A stretch of 63,867 nt of DNA, counting the filler, from Chiloscyllium plagiosum (lineage: Eukaryota): the NCBI RefSeq assembly GCF_004010195.1. It is 4 parts of 2 records of this genome, joined end to end, with 100 filler letters (N's around TTAATTAATTAA, not from the genome) between each part and the next. Parts side by side here need not be neighbours in the genome. Positions count along the whole stretch, not along the records: positions 26,890 to 47,629 come from NC_057715.1; positions 47,730 to 60,818 come from NC_057715.1; 2 more parts are not named here. One strand, given 5' to 3'. This document shows positions 37,823-51,357 of this stretch, one piece after another. The position numbers and the translations under genes were made by a program. Under the pieces are notes generated by a model that had not been told where the DNA came from, made no database searches, and saw nothing but the letters and a program-made list of their open reading frames with translations. Position 1 is the stretch's first letter; each line of letters begins with the position of its first letter.

Positions 37823-38158
37823 ACTTTGTTAGATGCGCATTTAGAAGGTCAGCTTTTCAATTTTTTGTGAAGTTTCTGGATTTGCCTTGAAGCCAAAAGC
37901 TCTGACTAGGGAGTCCAACCATCCACACCGCAATACTGCCCATACCTACAGTGCTGGGAGTCATTGTAAAAGAGGTCTTTGTGGTTTGTTTAAGACTCAA
38001 CATATTTGTGTGAGCACCACTATTTGCTAGCAGAGACATTTGGGTTGAATGGCAGTGTTCACTGTCTGGATATGAATCTGTGGATGCAATGTATTGATGG
38101 GCACAGGGGGTAGGACTGAGTACTGGCTGCAAAATTTCTCTGTAATGTTCACACTCAC

Positions 38159-38302
38159 CGTGAAGATGCTGTCACCCACTGACTTCAGGATTTCAGACAT
38201 TTTTGTGAAGAGCAGGGACCGAGCTGGGGACACAGTCATGTGGCCATCAGCATCAAACACCAAGTGTACCTTCAGGAAAGCTGGTCTCTGTTCATCTGTG
38301 CT
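38159..38302 (-). CDS. DNHD1: DNHD1-like exon (most upstream exon identified)
   Basis: tgtctcacacag|AGC...ACG|gtgagt, 144 bp, phase 0/0. STDEQRPAFLKVHLVFDADGHMTVSPARSLLFTKMSEILKSVGDSIFT resembles the dynein tail F-x-V-x-L...F-x-P segment. Confidence 0.72.
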
Positions 38303-38565
38303 CTGTGTGAGACAAGATACAGCAATTGGAAACTTCACCACTGGGCAATGCAGTCCTGCCAAAGCTCCATTTATGCCCACACCTTCCTCCTCACACTCAG
38401 TTGCCACCTCCCCACACACATTCCCACTCCTCCACATGCACACATATCCCCTACACACACATTACCCATTCCCAGATTTCCCCCCCCCCCCCAGTCATAT
38501 ACATGTCCCACACACATTCCCACTCCCTACATACACTTCCCACCCACCCCCGCCAACACAGACAC

Positions 38566-41500
38566 ACGAAGAACAAAGATAATTTGCAGCCCAGGAACAG
38601 GCCCTTCGGCCCTCCAAGCTTGAGCTGATCCAAGTGTACGGTCTAAACCTGTCGCCCAATTCTTAAGCATCTGTGTCCCTCTGCTCCCCACCTACTCATG
38701 CATCTGTCCAGACGCACCTTAAATGAATCTACCGTGCCTGCCTCTACCACCTCTGCTGGCAATGCGTTCCAGGCACCTATCACCCTCTGTGTAAAGTACT
38801 CTCCGCGTGTATCCCCCTTAAACTTTTCACCTCTCACCTTGAAAGCATGACCTCTGGTTATTGAATCCTTCATCCTGGGAAAAAGCTTACCACTATCTAC
38901 CTGGTCTATAACCTTCATGATTTTGTAGACCTCATCCTTTTGGTAATGTGGCGACCAGAACTGTATACAGTATTCTAAATGCAGCCGAACCAAAGTCTTG
39001 TACTATTTTAACATAACCTGCCAGCTCTTATACTCAATACCATGTTCAATGAAAGCAAGCATACCATATGCCTTCTTGATCACTCTATCCATCTCTGCAC
39101 CCACCTTCAGGGTACAATGGACCTAAACTCCCAGATCTCTCTGCTCATCAACTTTTCCCAAGGCTCATCCATTTACAGTATAGTTCGCTCTAGAATTAGA
39201 CTTCCCAAAATGCATCACCTCACATTTGCCCGGATTGAACTCCATCTGCCACTTCTCTGCCCAACTCTCCAGTCTATATTCTTTTATATTCTTTGACAGT
39301 CCCCTATGCTTTCTGCTACTCTACCAAACTTCGTGTCATCTGCAAACTTGCTGATCAGACCACCAAAGCCCTCTTCCAGATCATTTGTGTATATCATAAA
39401 CAACAGCGGCTCTAATACTGAAACACCTGTGAAACACCACTGGTCACCTTTATCCATTTTGAGAAACTCCCTTCAACTACCACTCTCTGTCTCCTGTTGC
39501 TCAACCAGTTCTTTATCCACCTAGCTAGAACACCCTGAACACCATGTGACTTCACTTTCTCCATTAGTTTACCATGGGGGACCTTATCAAACACTTTCCT
39601 GAAGTCCGTGACATCTACAGACCTTCCTTCATCTATCAACTTGGTCACTTCTTCAAACATTAAGATTGATAAGATCCCAGGGCCAGACCATATTTACCCA
39701 AGGCTGCTCCAGGAAGCGAGAAAGGAGGTTGCTAAGCCGCTGGTGAGGATATTTAGAGTCATAGAGTCATAGAGATGTACAGCATGGAAACAGACCCTTC
39801 GGTCCAACCCGTCCATGCTGACCAGATATCCCAAACCAATCTAGTCCCACCTGCCAGCACCCGGCCCATATCCCTCCAAACCCTTCCTATTCATATACCC
39901 ATCCAAATGCCTCTTAAATGTTGCAATTGTACCAGCCTCCACCACTTCCTCTGGCAGCTCATTCCATACACGTACCACCCTCTGTGTGAAAAGGTTGCCC
40001 TGTAGGTCTCCTTTATATCTTTACCCTCTCAACCTAAACCTATGCCCTCTAGTCTGGACTCCCCCACCCCAGGGAAAGGACTTTGCCTATTTACCCTATA
40101 CATGCCCCTCGTAATTTTGTAAACCGCTGTAAGGTCACCCCTCAGCCTCCGACGCTCCAAGGAAAACAGCCCCAGTCTGTTCAGCCTCTCCCTGTAGCTC
40201 AAATCCTCTAACCCTGGCAACAACCTTGTAAATCTTCTCTGAACCCTTTCAAGTTTTACAACATCTTTCCAATAGGAAGGAGACCAGAATTGCACGCAAT
40301 ATTCCAACAGTGGCCTAACCAATGTCCTGTACAGCCGCAACCTGACCTCTCAACTCCTGTACTCAAAACTCTGACCATACCATATGCCTTCTTGATCACT
40401 CTATCCACCTCTGCACCCACCTTCAGGGTACAATGGACCTAAACTCCCAGATCTCTCTGCTCATCAACTTTTCCCAAGGCTCTTCCATTTACAGTATAGT
40501 TCGGTCTAGAATTAGACTTCCCAAAATGCATCACCTCTCACTTGCCCGGATTGTACTCCATCTGCCACTTCTCTGCCCAACTCTCCAGTCTATATAAAGG
40601 AAAGCATACCAAACACCTTCTTCACTATCCTATCTACCTGTGACTCCACTTTCAAGGAGCTATGAGCCTGCACTCCAAGGTCTCTTTGTTCAGCAACACT
40701 CCCTAGGACCTTACCATTAAGCGTATAAGTCCTGCTAAGATTTGCTTTCCCAAAATGCAGCACCTCGCATTTATCTGAATTAAACTCCATCTGCCACTTC
40801 TCAGCCCATTGGCCCATCTGGTCAAGATCCTGTTGTAATCTGAGGTTACTCTCTTTGCTGTCCACTACACCTCCAATTTTGGTGTCATCTGCAAATTAAC
40901 TAACTGTACCCCTTACGCTCGCATCCAAATCATTTTTGTAAATGACAAAAAGTAGAGGGCCCAGCACTGATCCTTGTGGCACTCCACTGGTCACAGGCCT
41001 CCAGTCTGAAAAACAACCCTCCACCACCACCCTCTGTCTTCTACTTTTGAGCCAGTTCTGTATCCAAATGGCTCGTTCTCCCTGTATTCCGTGAGATCTA
41101 ACCTTGCTAATCAGTCTCCCAGGGGGATCCTTGTCAAACGCCTTACTGAAGTCCATATAGATCACATCTACCACTCTGCCCTCATCAATCCTCTTTGTTA
41201 CTTCCTCAAAAAACTCAATCAAGTTTGTAAGACATGATTTCCCACACCCAAAGCCATGTTGACTATCCCGAATCAGTCCTTGCCTTTCCAAATACATGTA
41301 CATACTGTCCCTCAGGATTCCCTCCAACAGCTTGACCACCACTGAGGTCAGGCTCACTGGTCTAAAGTTCCCTGGCTTGTCCTTACCACCCTTCTTAAAC
41401 AGTGGCACCACGTTAGCCAACCTCCAGTCTTCCGGCACCTCACCCACGATTATCGTTGATACAAATATCTCCGCAAGAGGCCCAGCAATCACATCTCTAG

Positions 41501-41900
41501 CTTCCCACAGAGTTCTCGGGTACACCTGATCAGGTCCTGGGGATTTATCCACTTTTATGTGTTTCAAGACATCCAGCACTTCCTCCTCTGTAATCCGGAC
41601 ATTTTGCAGGATTTCACCACCTATTTCCCTACAGTCTATATCTTCCATATCCTTTTCTACAGTAAATACTGATTCTTAATACTCATTTAGTATCTCCCCC
41701 ATTTTCTGAGGCTCCACAAAGGATGCCTTGCTGATCTTTGAGGGGCCCTATTCTTTCCCTAGTTACCCTTTTGTCCTTTATGTATTTGTGAAAATCTTTG
41801 GATTCTCTTTAATTCTATTTTCCAAAGCTATCTCATGTCCCCTTTTTGCCCTCTTGATTTCCCGCTTAAGTATACTCCTACTTCCTCTATACTATTCTAA
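38566..41900 (-). mobile_element. Two minus-strand CR1 LINEs (~38566-39660 and ~39755-41900)
   Basis: RT ORF pieces, e.g. 40896-41648 with [37 protein letters not shown]; two tails. Confidence 0.92.
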
Positions 41901-43637
41901 GGATTTGCCTACTCTCCCTCCATGGGAGTTGTACCAGAGGAATTGAAGGAGGTGAATGTTGTTCCTCTTTTCAAGAAAGATAATAGGGAAATCCCTGGCA
42001 ATTACAGACCAGTCAGTCTTACGTCTGTGGTTAGCAAAGTTTTGGAAAGAATTCTGAGGGATAGGATTTATGACTATTTGGAAAAGCACAGTGTAATTAA
42101 AGGCAGTCAGGATGGCTTTGTGAGGGGCAGGTCATGCCTCACAAATCTTATTGAGTTTTTGAGGAGGTGACAAGACAGGTCGACAAAGGTCAAGCAGTGG
42201 ATGTGGTGTATATGGACTTCAGCAAGGCATTTGATAAGGTTCCTCATGGTAGGCTCATTCATAAAGTCAGGAAGTATGGGATACAGGGATATTTGGTTAT
42301 CTGGACTCAGAATTGGGTGGCTGACAGAAGGCAGAGAGTGGTTGTAGATGGAAAGTGTTCTGCCTGGAGGTCAGTGTTGAGTGGGGTCCCACAGGGCTCT
42401 GTTCTTGGGCCTCTGCTCTTTGTAGTTTTTATAAATGATTTGGATGAGGAGGTTGAGGGGTGGGTTAGTAAAATTGCAGATGACACAAATGTTGGAGGTG
42501 CCGTTGATCATATCTAGGGCTACTGCAGGATGCAGTGCAACATAGACAGGATGCAGAGTTGGGCTGAGAAATGGCAGATGGAGTTCAACCTGGATAAATG
42601 CGAAGTGATGCATTTTGGAAGGTTGAACTCGAATGCTGAATATAGGATTAAAGACAGGATTCTTGGCAGTGGAGGAACAGAGGGATCTTGGTGTGCAAGT
42701 ACATAAATCCCTCAAAATTGCCACCCAAGTGGATGGGGTTGTTAAGTGAGTTTTTTTTCTTTTTTTTGTGTTTGTTGTGTTTTGGTTATTATTTATTTAA
42801 TATTTAATGGTATATTAGTGTTCATATTCATTTGTGTTATTTTGTTAGTTTGTAAATATGTTTTAAAAATTTCCTCTTTCTTCAATAAAAATATCTATAA
42901 AAAATAAAAAGAAAGTATCTGGTGTTTTGGCTTTCATTAATAGGGGGATCAAGTTTAACAGCTGTGAGGTTTTGCTGCAGCTCAACAAGTCCCTGGTGAG
43001 ACCACACTTGGAATATTGTGTCCAGTTCTGGTCGCCCTACTATAGGAAAGATACAGAGGCTTTGGAGAGGGTGCAAAGAAGGTTTACCAGGATGCTGGAT
43101 TAGTGGTGCTGGAAAAGCACAGCAGTTCAGGCAGCATCCGAGGAGCAGTAAAATCGACGCTTCGGCATTTTATCTTTTACCAGGATGCTACCTGGACTGG
43201 ACGGTTTGCCTTCTGAAGAAAGGTTGAATAAGCTCGGACTTTTCTCTCTGGAGAGAAGGAGGAAGAGAGGAGACCTGATCGAGGTATACAAGATAATGAG
43301 AGGAATAGATAGAGTCAATAGCTGGAGACGTTTCCCCAGGGCAGGATTGACTGGCACGAGGGGTCATAGTTTTAAGATATTACGAGAAAGGTATGAAGGA
43401 GACATCAGAGGTAGGTTCCTTATGCAGAGTTGTGAATGCATGGAATGCTTTGCCAGCGGTGGTGGTGGAAGCAGAGTCATTAGGGATATTTAAGCGACTG
43501 CTGGACATGCACATGGATAGCAGTGAATTGGGGGGTGCATAGGTTAGGTTAATCTATTTTACATTAGGATTAAACCTTGGAACAACATCATGGGCCAAAG
43601 GGCTTGTTCTGTGCTGTACATTTCTATGTTCTATGTT
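41900..43637 (+). mobile_element. CR1 LINE 3' half carrying an AT-rich poly(A)-tailed insert (~42746-42910) and a Penelope-tail insert (43097-43175)
   Basis: RT motifs and (ttctatg)n tail; inserts interrupt colinear CR1 sequence. Confidence 0.9.
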
Positions 43638-44610
43638 CTCGAACTCTATTAAGTTGGTAAGGCACGATCTCCCCCGCACAAAACCAAGTTGCCTATCACT
43701 GATGAGCCCATTCTCTTCTGAATATAATAGATCCTATCCCTCAGTTTCTTCTCCAGCAACTTTCCCACCACTGACGTTAGGCTCACTGGTCTGTAGTCGC
43801 CTGGAATATCCCGACTACCCTTCTTGCACAGTCCTCCAGCACCTCAGCTGTGTTTAAGGATGCCACAAAGATATCTGTCAGGGCCCCAGCTATTTCTTCT
43901 CTCGCCTCCCTCAGCAACCTGGGACAGATCCCATCCAGTCCTGGGGATTTGTCCACCTTTAGCCTACCCAACACATCTTCCCTACTTATGTCAACGTGAT
44001 CCAGAGTAAACAAACTTCTATCTCTAATCTCAACATTCATCATGTCCCTCTCTTCAGTGAATACTGATGCAAAGTAATCATTCAGAATCTCACCCATTCT
44101 CTCAGGTTCAGCAACCTTCCTTCCTTATCCTTTAGTGGACTAATCCTTTCTCCAGTTACCTGCTTGATTCTTATATATGAATAGGAGGCCTTGGGATGCT
44201 CCTTAATACTGCTCACTAAAGTTATTTCATGACCCCTTTTAGCCTGTTTGATTCCTCGTTTAAGGTTGGTCCTACTCTCCCGATATTCTTCCAGGGCCCG
44301 TTCTGTTCTTAGCTGCCTTGACCTTATGTACGCTTCCCTTTTTCTCTTGGCTAGTTGAACAATTTCTCCTGTCATCCACAGTTCACAAATCTCTTGTTTT
44401 CAAAGGGACATGACTATCCTGCACTATCTTCAACCTACCTTTGAAAGCCTCCCACATATCAAATACAGACTTCCTTTCAAATAGCTGCTCCCAATCCACA
44501 TTTCACAGCTCCTGCCAAATTTTGAAATAATTGGCCTTGACCCAGCTTAGTGCTCTTTCCTTAGGACCACTCTCATCTTTTGTCTACGAGTATTCTAAAA
44601 CTTAAAGAAT
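43638..44610 (-). mobile_element. CR1 LINE ORF2 internal fragment
   Basis: MGEILNDYFASVFT, VDKSPGLDGI motifs. Confidence 0.85.
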
Positions 44611-44689
44611 GCACACACACACACACATACATTCCCACCCTCACACACACGTTCCTAGTGTAACAAGATTTTAAATTTTTAAAATTTTT

Positions 44690-46786
44690 CAACAGTCTCT
44701 TTGGGAATTTAGAATCGTGGGAATTGAGGTGAGGGCAGTTGAATGTTCCTCCTGCAGAATGTGGGAGGTAAGGGTCACCTTTAGTGTCCCCACCGACTTC
44801 ATCTGCGGGAAGTGCACCCAACTCCAGCTCCTTGGAAACCGTGTTAGGGAACTGGAGCTAGAGCTGGATGAATTTCGGATCATTTGGAAGGCAGAGGGGG
44901 TTATTGAGAGGAGTTACAGGGAGGTAGTCACACCTCAGGCAAAAGATGAAGGTAGATTGGTTACCATCAGGGGACAGAAAGGGAACCAGCAGGCAGTGCA
45001 GGGAACCCCTTCGGCTGTTCCCCTCAATAACAAGTATACTGTTTTGCATACTGTTGGCGGGAGGCAGGTGAACTTACCAGGGATAAGACATGGGGAACAG
45101 GTCTCTGGCACAGAGTCTGTCCCTGTTGCTCAGAAGGGAAGGGGGAAGAGGAGCACAGCATTAGTCATTGGGGACTCCATAGTTAGGGGGACAGATAGGA
45201 GGTTCTGTGGGAATGAGAGAGACTCACGATTTGTGATGCCTCAGATCGAGTTTTTTGGGATCCTTAAGGAGGAGAGGGAGCAGCCCCAAGTCTTGGGCCA
45301 TGTAGGCACAATGAAATAAGTAAGAAAAGAGATGTGGATTTAAGGCAGAAATTCAGGGAGCTGGGTTGGAAGCTCAGAGCTAGAACAAACAGAGTTGTTA
45401 TCTCTGGTTTGTTACCCATGCCATGTGCTAGCGAGGTGAGGAATAGAGAGAGAGAGAGAGGAGTTGAATACGTGGCTACAGGGATGGTGCAGGAGGAGGG
45501 GATTCAGATACCTGGATAATTGGGGCTTTTTCTGGGATGGGTGGCACCTGTACAAACAGGATGGTCTTCACCTGAACCAGAGGGGTACCAATATTCTGGG
45601 GGGAATTTGCTAATGCTCTTCGGAAGGGTTTAAACTAATCCAGCAGGGGAATGGGAACTGGAATTTTAGTTCCAGTGTACAGGAGGTTGAGAGCAGTGAG
45701 GTCAGAAGTAAGGTTTCAAGGTCGCAAGAGTGCACTGGCAAGCAGGAAGGTGGTTTGAAGTGTGTCTACTTTAACGCCAGGAGCATCCGGAATAAGGTAG
45801 GTGAGCTTGCAGCATGGGTTGGTACCTGGGACTTCGATGTTGTGGCCATTTTGGAGACATGGATAGAACAGGAACAGAAATGGTTTTTGCAAGTTCCGGG
45901 GTTTAGATGTTTCAGTAAGAACAGGGAAGGTGGTAAAAGAGGGGGAGGTCTGGCATTGTTAGTCAAGGACAGTACAGTGGCAGAAAGGATGTTTGATGAG
46001 GCCTCGTTTACTAAGAAGTATGTGCTGAGGTTAGAAACAGGAAAGGAGAGGTTACCCTTTTGGGTGTTTTCTATAGGCCTCCGAACAGTTCCAGAGATGT
46101 CGATAAAAGATGATTCTGGATAGGAGTGTGAGTAACAGGGTAGTTGTTATGGGGGAACTTTAACTTTCCAAATATTGACTGGAAACGCTATAGTTCAAGT
46201 ACTTTATGGGTCAGTTTTTGTTCAATGTGTGCAGGAGGATTTCCTGGAACAGTATGTAGAAAGGCCAACAAGGGGCGAGGCCACATTGGATTTGGTACTG
46301 GGTAATGAACCAGACCAGGTGTTAGATTTGGAGATAGGTGAGCACTTTGGTGATAGTGACCATGATTCGGTTATGTTTACTTTAGCGATGGAAAGGGATA
46401 GGTTTGTACCGCAGGGCAAGAGTTATAGTTAGGGGAAAGGTGATAAGATAAGATTTAGGATGCATAGGAGGGAAAGGAAACTGCAGGGGATGGGCACAGC
46501 TGAAATGTGGAGCTTGTTCAAGGAACTGCTACTGCGTGGCCCTGATAAGTATGTACCTGTCAGAAGGGAGGAAGTGATTGAGTGAGGGAGCTGTGGTTTA
46601 CTAAAGAAGTTGAATCTCTTGTCAAGAGGAAGAAGAAGATTTATGTTAGGATGAGAAGACACAGTTAGGATGCTTGAGAGTTACAAGTTAGCCAGGAAAG
46701 ACCTAAAGAGAGAGCTCAGAAGAGCCAGGAGGGGACATGAGAAGTCTTTGAAGTTGTTGATCAAAGAAAACCCTAAAGATCCCTGA
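44690..46786 (+). mobile_element. CR1 LINE 5' half: ORF1 (zinc finger/leucine zipper plus SGNH esterase) and APE endonuclease
   Basis: VECSSC..W...FICGKC, LELELD, ALVIGDSIVRG; ORF2 start CVYFNARSIRNK...AILETW, LDLVL, GDSDHD. Confidence 0.92.
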
Positions 46787-47427
46787 TGCCGAGAAACGTT
46801 CATTCTCCTGCTCCTCAGATGCTGCCTGACTGGCTGTGGTTTTGCAGCACCATACTCTTCAACTAAGACCTCCAGCATCTGCACTCTTCACTTTCCCACC
46901 CACCCACACACACACTTTACCACCTCNNNNNNNNNNNNNNNNNNNNNNNNNNNNNNNNNNNNNNNNNNNNNNNNNNNNNNNNNNNNNNNNNNNNNNNNNN
47001 NNNNNNNNNNNNNNNNNNNNNNNNNNNNNNNNNNNNNNNNNNNNNNNNNNNNNNNNNNNNNNNNNNNNNNNNNNNNNNNNNNNNNNNNNNNNNNNNNNNN
47101 NNNNNNNNNNNNNNNNNNNNNNNNNNNNNNNNNNNNNNNNNNNNNNNNNNNNNNNNNNNNNNNNNNNNNNNNNNNNNNNNNNNNNNNNNNNNNNNNNNNN
47201 NNNNNNNNNNNNNNNNNNNNNNNNNNNNNNNNNNNNNNNNNNNNNNNNNNNNNNNNNNNNNNNNNNNNNNNNNNNNNNNNNNNNNNNNNNNNNNNNNNNN
47301 NNNNNNNNNNNNNNNNNNNNNNNNNNNNNNNNNNNNNNNNNNNNNNNNNNNNNNNNNNNNNNNNNNNNNNNNNNNNNNNNNNNNNNNNNNNNNNNNNNNN
47401 NNNNNNNNNNNNNNNNNNNNNNNNNNA

Positions 47428-47629
47428 AATCCATACTGACCCGCTGAAGCACAACCCACCCAGACCCATTCCCCTACATTTACCCCTTCACCTAACACTA
47501 TGGGCAATTTAGCATGACCAATTCACCTGACCTGCACATTTTTGGACTGTGGGAGGAAACCAGAGCATCTGGAGCAAACCCACGCAGACATGGGGAGAAT
47601 GTGCAAACTCCACACAGACAGTTGTCTGA
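47428..47629 (-). mobile_element. HE1/V-SINE-type SINE (partial, gap-bounded)
   Basis: Homologous to 29583-29887. Confidence 0.8.
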
Positions 47630-47729
47630 NNNNNNNNNNNNNNNNNNNNNNNNNNNNNNNNNNNNNNNNNNNNTTAATTAATTAANNNNNNNNNNNNNNN
47701 NNNNNNNNNNNNNNNNNNNNNNNNNNNNN

Positions 47730-48250
47730 CTTTCAAAAGTTCTTGCCTAATACCGTCAAAACTGGCCTTTCTCCAATTTAGAACTTCAACTTTTAGATCT
47801 GGTCTATCCTTTTCCATCATTATTTTAAATCTAATAGAATTATGGTCGCTGGCCCCAAAGTGCTCCCCCACTGACACCTCAGTCACCTGCCCTGCCTTAT
47901 TTCCCAAGAGTAGGTCAAGTTTTGCATCTTCTCTAGAAGGTACATCCACATACTGAATCAGAAAATTGTCTTGTACGCACTTAAGAAATTCCTCTCCATC
48001 TAAACCTTTAACACTATGGCAGTCCCAGTCTATGTTGGGAAAGTTAAAATCCCCTACCATAACTACCCTATTATTCTTACAGATAGCTGAGATCTCCTTC
48101 CAAGTTCGTTTCTCAATTTCCCTCTGACTATTGGGGGGGTGTACAATACAATCCCAATAATGTGATCATCCCTTTCTTATTTCTCAGTTCCACACAAATA
48201 ACTTCTCTGCATGTATTTCCGGGAATATCCTCCCTCAGCACAGCTGTAAT
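47730..48250 (-). mobile_element. CR1 APE endonuclease fragment
   Basis: VGDFNFPNIDW...LDLLL...GASDHNSI. Confidence 0.88.
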
Positions 48251-50287
48251 CTTCTCTGTACCTTCTCCAGTACAATCACATCCCTTTCAAGGATTCCAGA
48301 GCAGCACACTGTACTCTAGCTGTTGTCTAGCCAGTGTTTTATACAGTTGCATCATAGCCTTTCTGCTCTTAAGCTCCATGACTTGACTAATGAAGGCCAG
48401 TATCCCATACACTTTCATAATCACTTTGCCCACCTATCCTGATACCTTAGGGACTTGTGCACACAATGGTTCCTCTGATCCTTGGGGTTTACAAAGAACA
48501 GGGTCCTTTGTGTGAATAAGTGTAACTTCTATCATGCTTAAATGTATTACAGAGTGAACCTAAATTAATATTAAATTGGTTTCCAGTCTACTTCTGTTCA
48601 CAGTCAGGATTATTCATTAAGTGTTGTCCAGTATAGAATCTCATTTAATTTTAGACACTATTTGCTTAGTTTCCAAGTACGGCTGGTTAAACAAAGGTCA
48701 GTGCAAAGCGAGAAACTTTGACTTGTCATTTCTCTTTAATAATGTGGAGGCTGAACAAGTCAAAAGCAGGACAGTGAGAAATGTAGAGGAACAGAAACAC
48801 CTTCGGGTGCATATCCATAGGTCCCTGAAGATTAAAGGACAAGTTGATGAAATGTAAGACAGTAGACAAGACTCTCCTTTATTAGATGAGGCTTGGATTA
48901 GTGGAACACAGTATATGCCAGAATATTTTAAAAATTGTCAAATATCGACCATGTAACCATTGCTGATTGTTGCAAAAATCCACCTGTTCACTAAAACATC
49001 CTTTAGGAAAGAAAAGGAAGGAACCTGCCACCCTTACCCAGTCTGGCCTACACGTGACTCAGACCCACAGCAATGTGGCCGACTCCTAACTGCCCTCTGA
49101 AATGGGCAAGCAAACCACACAGTTCAGATCAAGGGGCAATTCGGTGTGGGGAATAAATGATGACCAGCCAGAAACACATCCCATAACCAAATTTCTTTTT
49201 ATAATAGTATAAGGTCCAATTTAAACCACATCTGGAATGCTGTTTACAGTTTAGTCACCACTTTACAGGAAGGCTGTGATTGTTCTGGAGAACAAGCAGA
49301 GCAGACTTACAGGAGGGGTTGCTAGGATAAGAGAATTTTAGCGATGATGATTAGCTGCAGTTGTTTTCTTTGATAGAGGAAGCTGAGCAGAGAGTCCAAC
49401 TGAAATATACAAAATGATGTGGAGCCTTGAGAGTGTGGATAGGAAGGATCAGTTTCCATCAGAAGAAGTCAATAACAAGGGGTCAGGGACTGAATTTAAT
49501 TGTTGGAAGGATTTGAGAGAAAGATAAACAGAGATAAATATTAAGATGAAGAGGATGGTGGGATCTCAAGCTCACTGCATAAAAGGGTGGCAGAGCCAGA
49601 AATTCTTTTCACATTTTAGCAACCAGTGAACATGGGCATGAAACTTTCGACAAGACAATCTACCTGAACTAAAATATGGAATTAGGAGATATTACTTTGA
49701 TAAGGCACAGACACAATGGATTGACTTACCCTCACTGTACCAATGTTCTCGTGTTCTTTTCATCAGATTAAGAGAGATTTGCTTATCAATAAGAAGATTG
49801 GAATGAAATTAATCACATTGTGTAACAAAGCTCTTTCAGGAGATCCCGTTCTCTGCCTACTATTGATTCCATTCTAAATAACCGGGGATTGCTCTTGAGG
49901 AATCCGCTGCACAGATCATTGCTTTGAAGATGCTTCTGATTGAAGTTGTCAAGATGAGTGCACACACTCTTCATTTTGTGATGTTTTATGTTGGAGATTA
50001 GAGGCAGCAAACTGAGTTATGGAGATGCTATACATCAGACTGTAATGAAGGCTGATAAATTTACAAGACAGGATTCATTGAAAGCACCTTACATCAAACC
50101 ATAGACATTGAAAAATAAAGGGCAGACAACAAGTTCTTGAAGTCCTGGCAAAAAGTCCTACCTCCAAACATCGTCTTTACAAAACTTTATGTTTCCAATG
50201 GATTAGTTTCAATAAATAGTAATGCACAAGACAGAGTCATCCAGACAAAATCAACAGAATTCAAATAACACACTCCAGTAAAAGATG

Positions 50288-50515
50288 CACACACGGACTC
50301 TCACTGGGGTACAGGGTCCCACACACACACTGACTCTCACTGGGGTACAGTCCCACACACCCTCTCTGAGTGGGATATAGGTCCCACATAGACTGACTTT
50401 CACTGAGGTACAGTCCTACACACACACTGATTCTCACTGAGGTACAGTCCTACACAGACTGATCCTCACTGGGATGCAGTCCACATACACTGACTTGTGC
50501 TGGATACAGGTCTCA
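50288..50515. repeat. ~30-34 bp minisatellite (cacacactgactctcactggggtacagtcc)
   Basis: About 7 imperfect tandem units. Confidence 0.8.
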
Positions 50516-51357
50516 TACCTGATTTTAAAATAGTGACTAAGACTACAGTTCTTGGGGGGGATGTTGTGAGGTATTAATGCAGGTTGGAATTCCAAAATAT
50601 GTTTGACCATTGTTATTATTTTGCTGGGTGTTGAAAATATAACAGTGGATTATTTGAAATATTTGCCTGAGGTAAATCTGACAGAATTAGTGGAGTAATT
50701 AAATCCCAACCTTATAAGGATAAAATGTTTAATGTAATGATCCAAAATTTGGCATCAAAAGGAGGGAAACCTAAATTAACATGTGAGTATTAGCTAAGTT
50801 TTCTTTCATTCATTCATGGGATGAGCTGTCTAGGCCAGCTTTCATTGTCCATCCCCAATTGCCCAAATGGCATTTAACAGCTAACCACATTGCTGTGGGT
50901 CTGGAGTCACACATAGGCCAGACCAAGTAGAGATGGCAGATCTCCCTTTCTAAAAGGACTTTCATGAAGCAAATGGGTTTTTCCAACATTTGATAATGGA
51001 TTCATGGTTATCATTAAACTCTTAATTCCAAATTGTCATTGAATTTAAATTCCACCATCTTCCATGGTGGGACTCGAACCTAGGTCACCAAAACAGTCAA
51101 GTGATAACACTACTAGACTATCAGCTCCCCAGAAAAACCCATTATCGTGACTCTGTGTCTTATCTTTGTTAACTGTAATCTTCAACTAGATTCAGAAACT
51201 CAATTTGCAAAGATCGTAACACAAAATAATTCATAAATTATATTCAGAAACTGTTGCTTAGAACAATATATTATGGATCCAGTGAGGGATCAGGCTATTT
51301 TGGATCTGACAATGTGTATTGAGGTAAATTTCTCAGGGTAAATGATTCCCTTGTGAA

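Noticed and set aside
46836..47507. Long ORFs containing X runs (also 21240-21978)
   Set aside because: Created by translation through N gaps.
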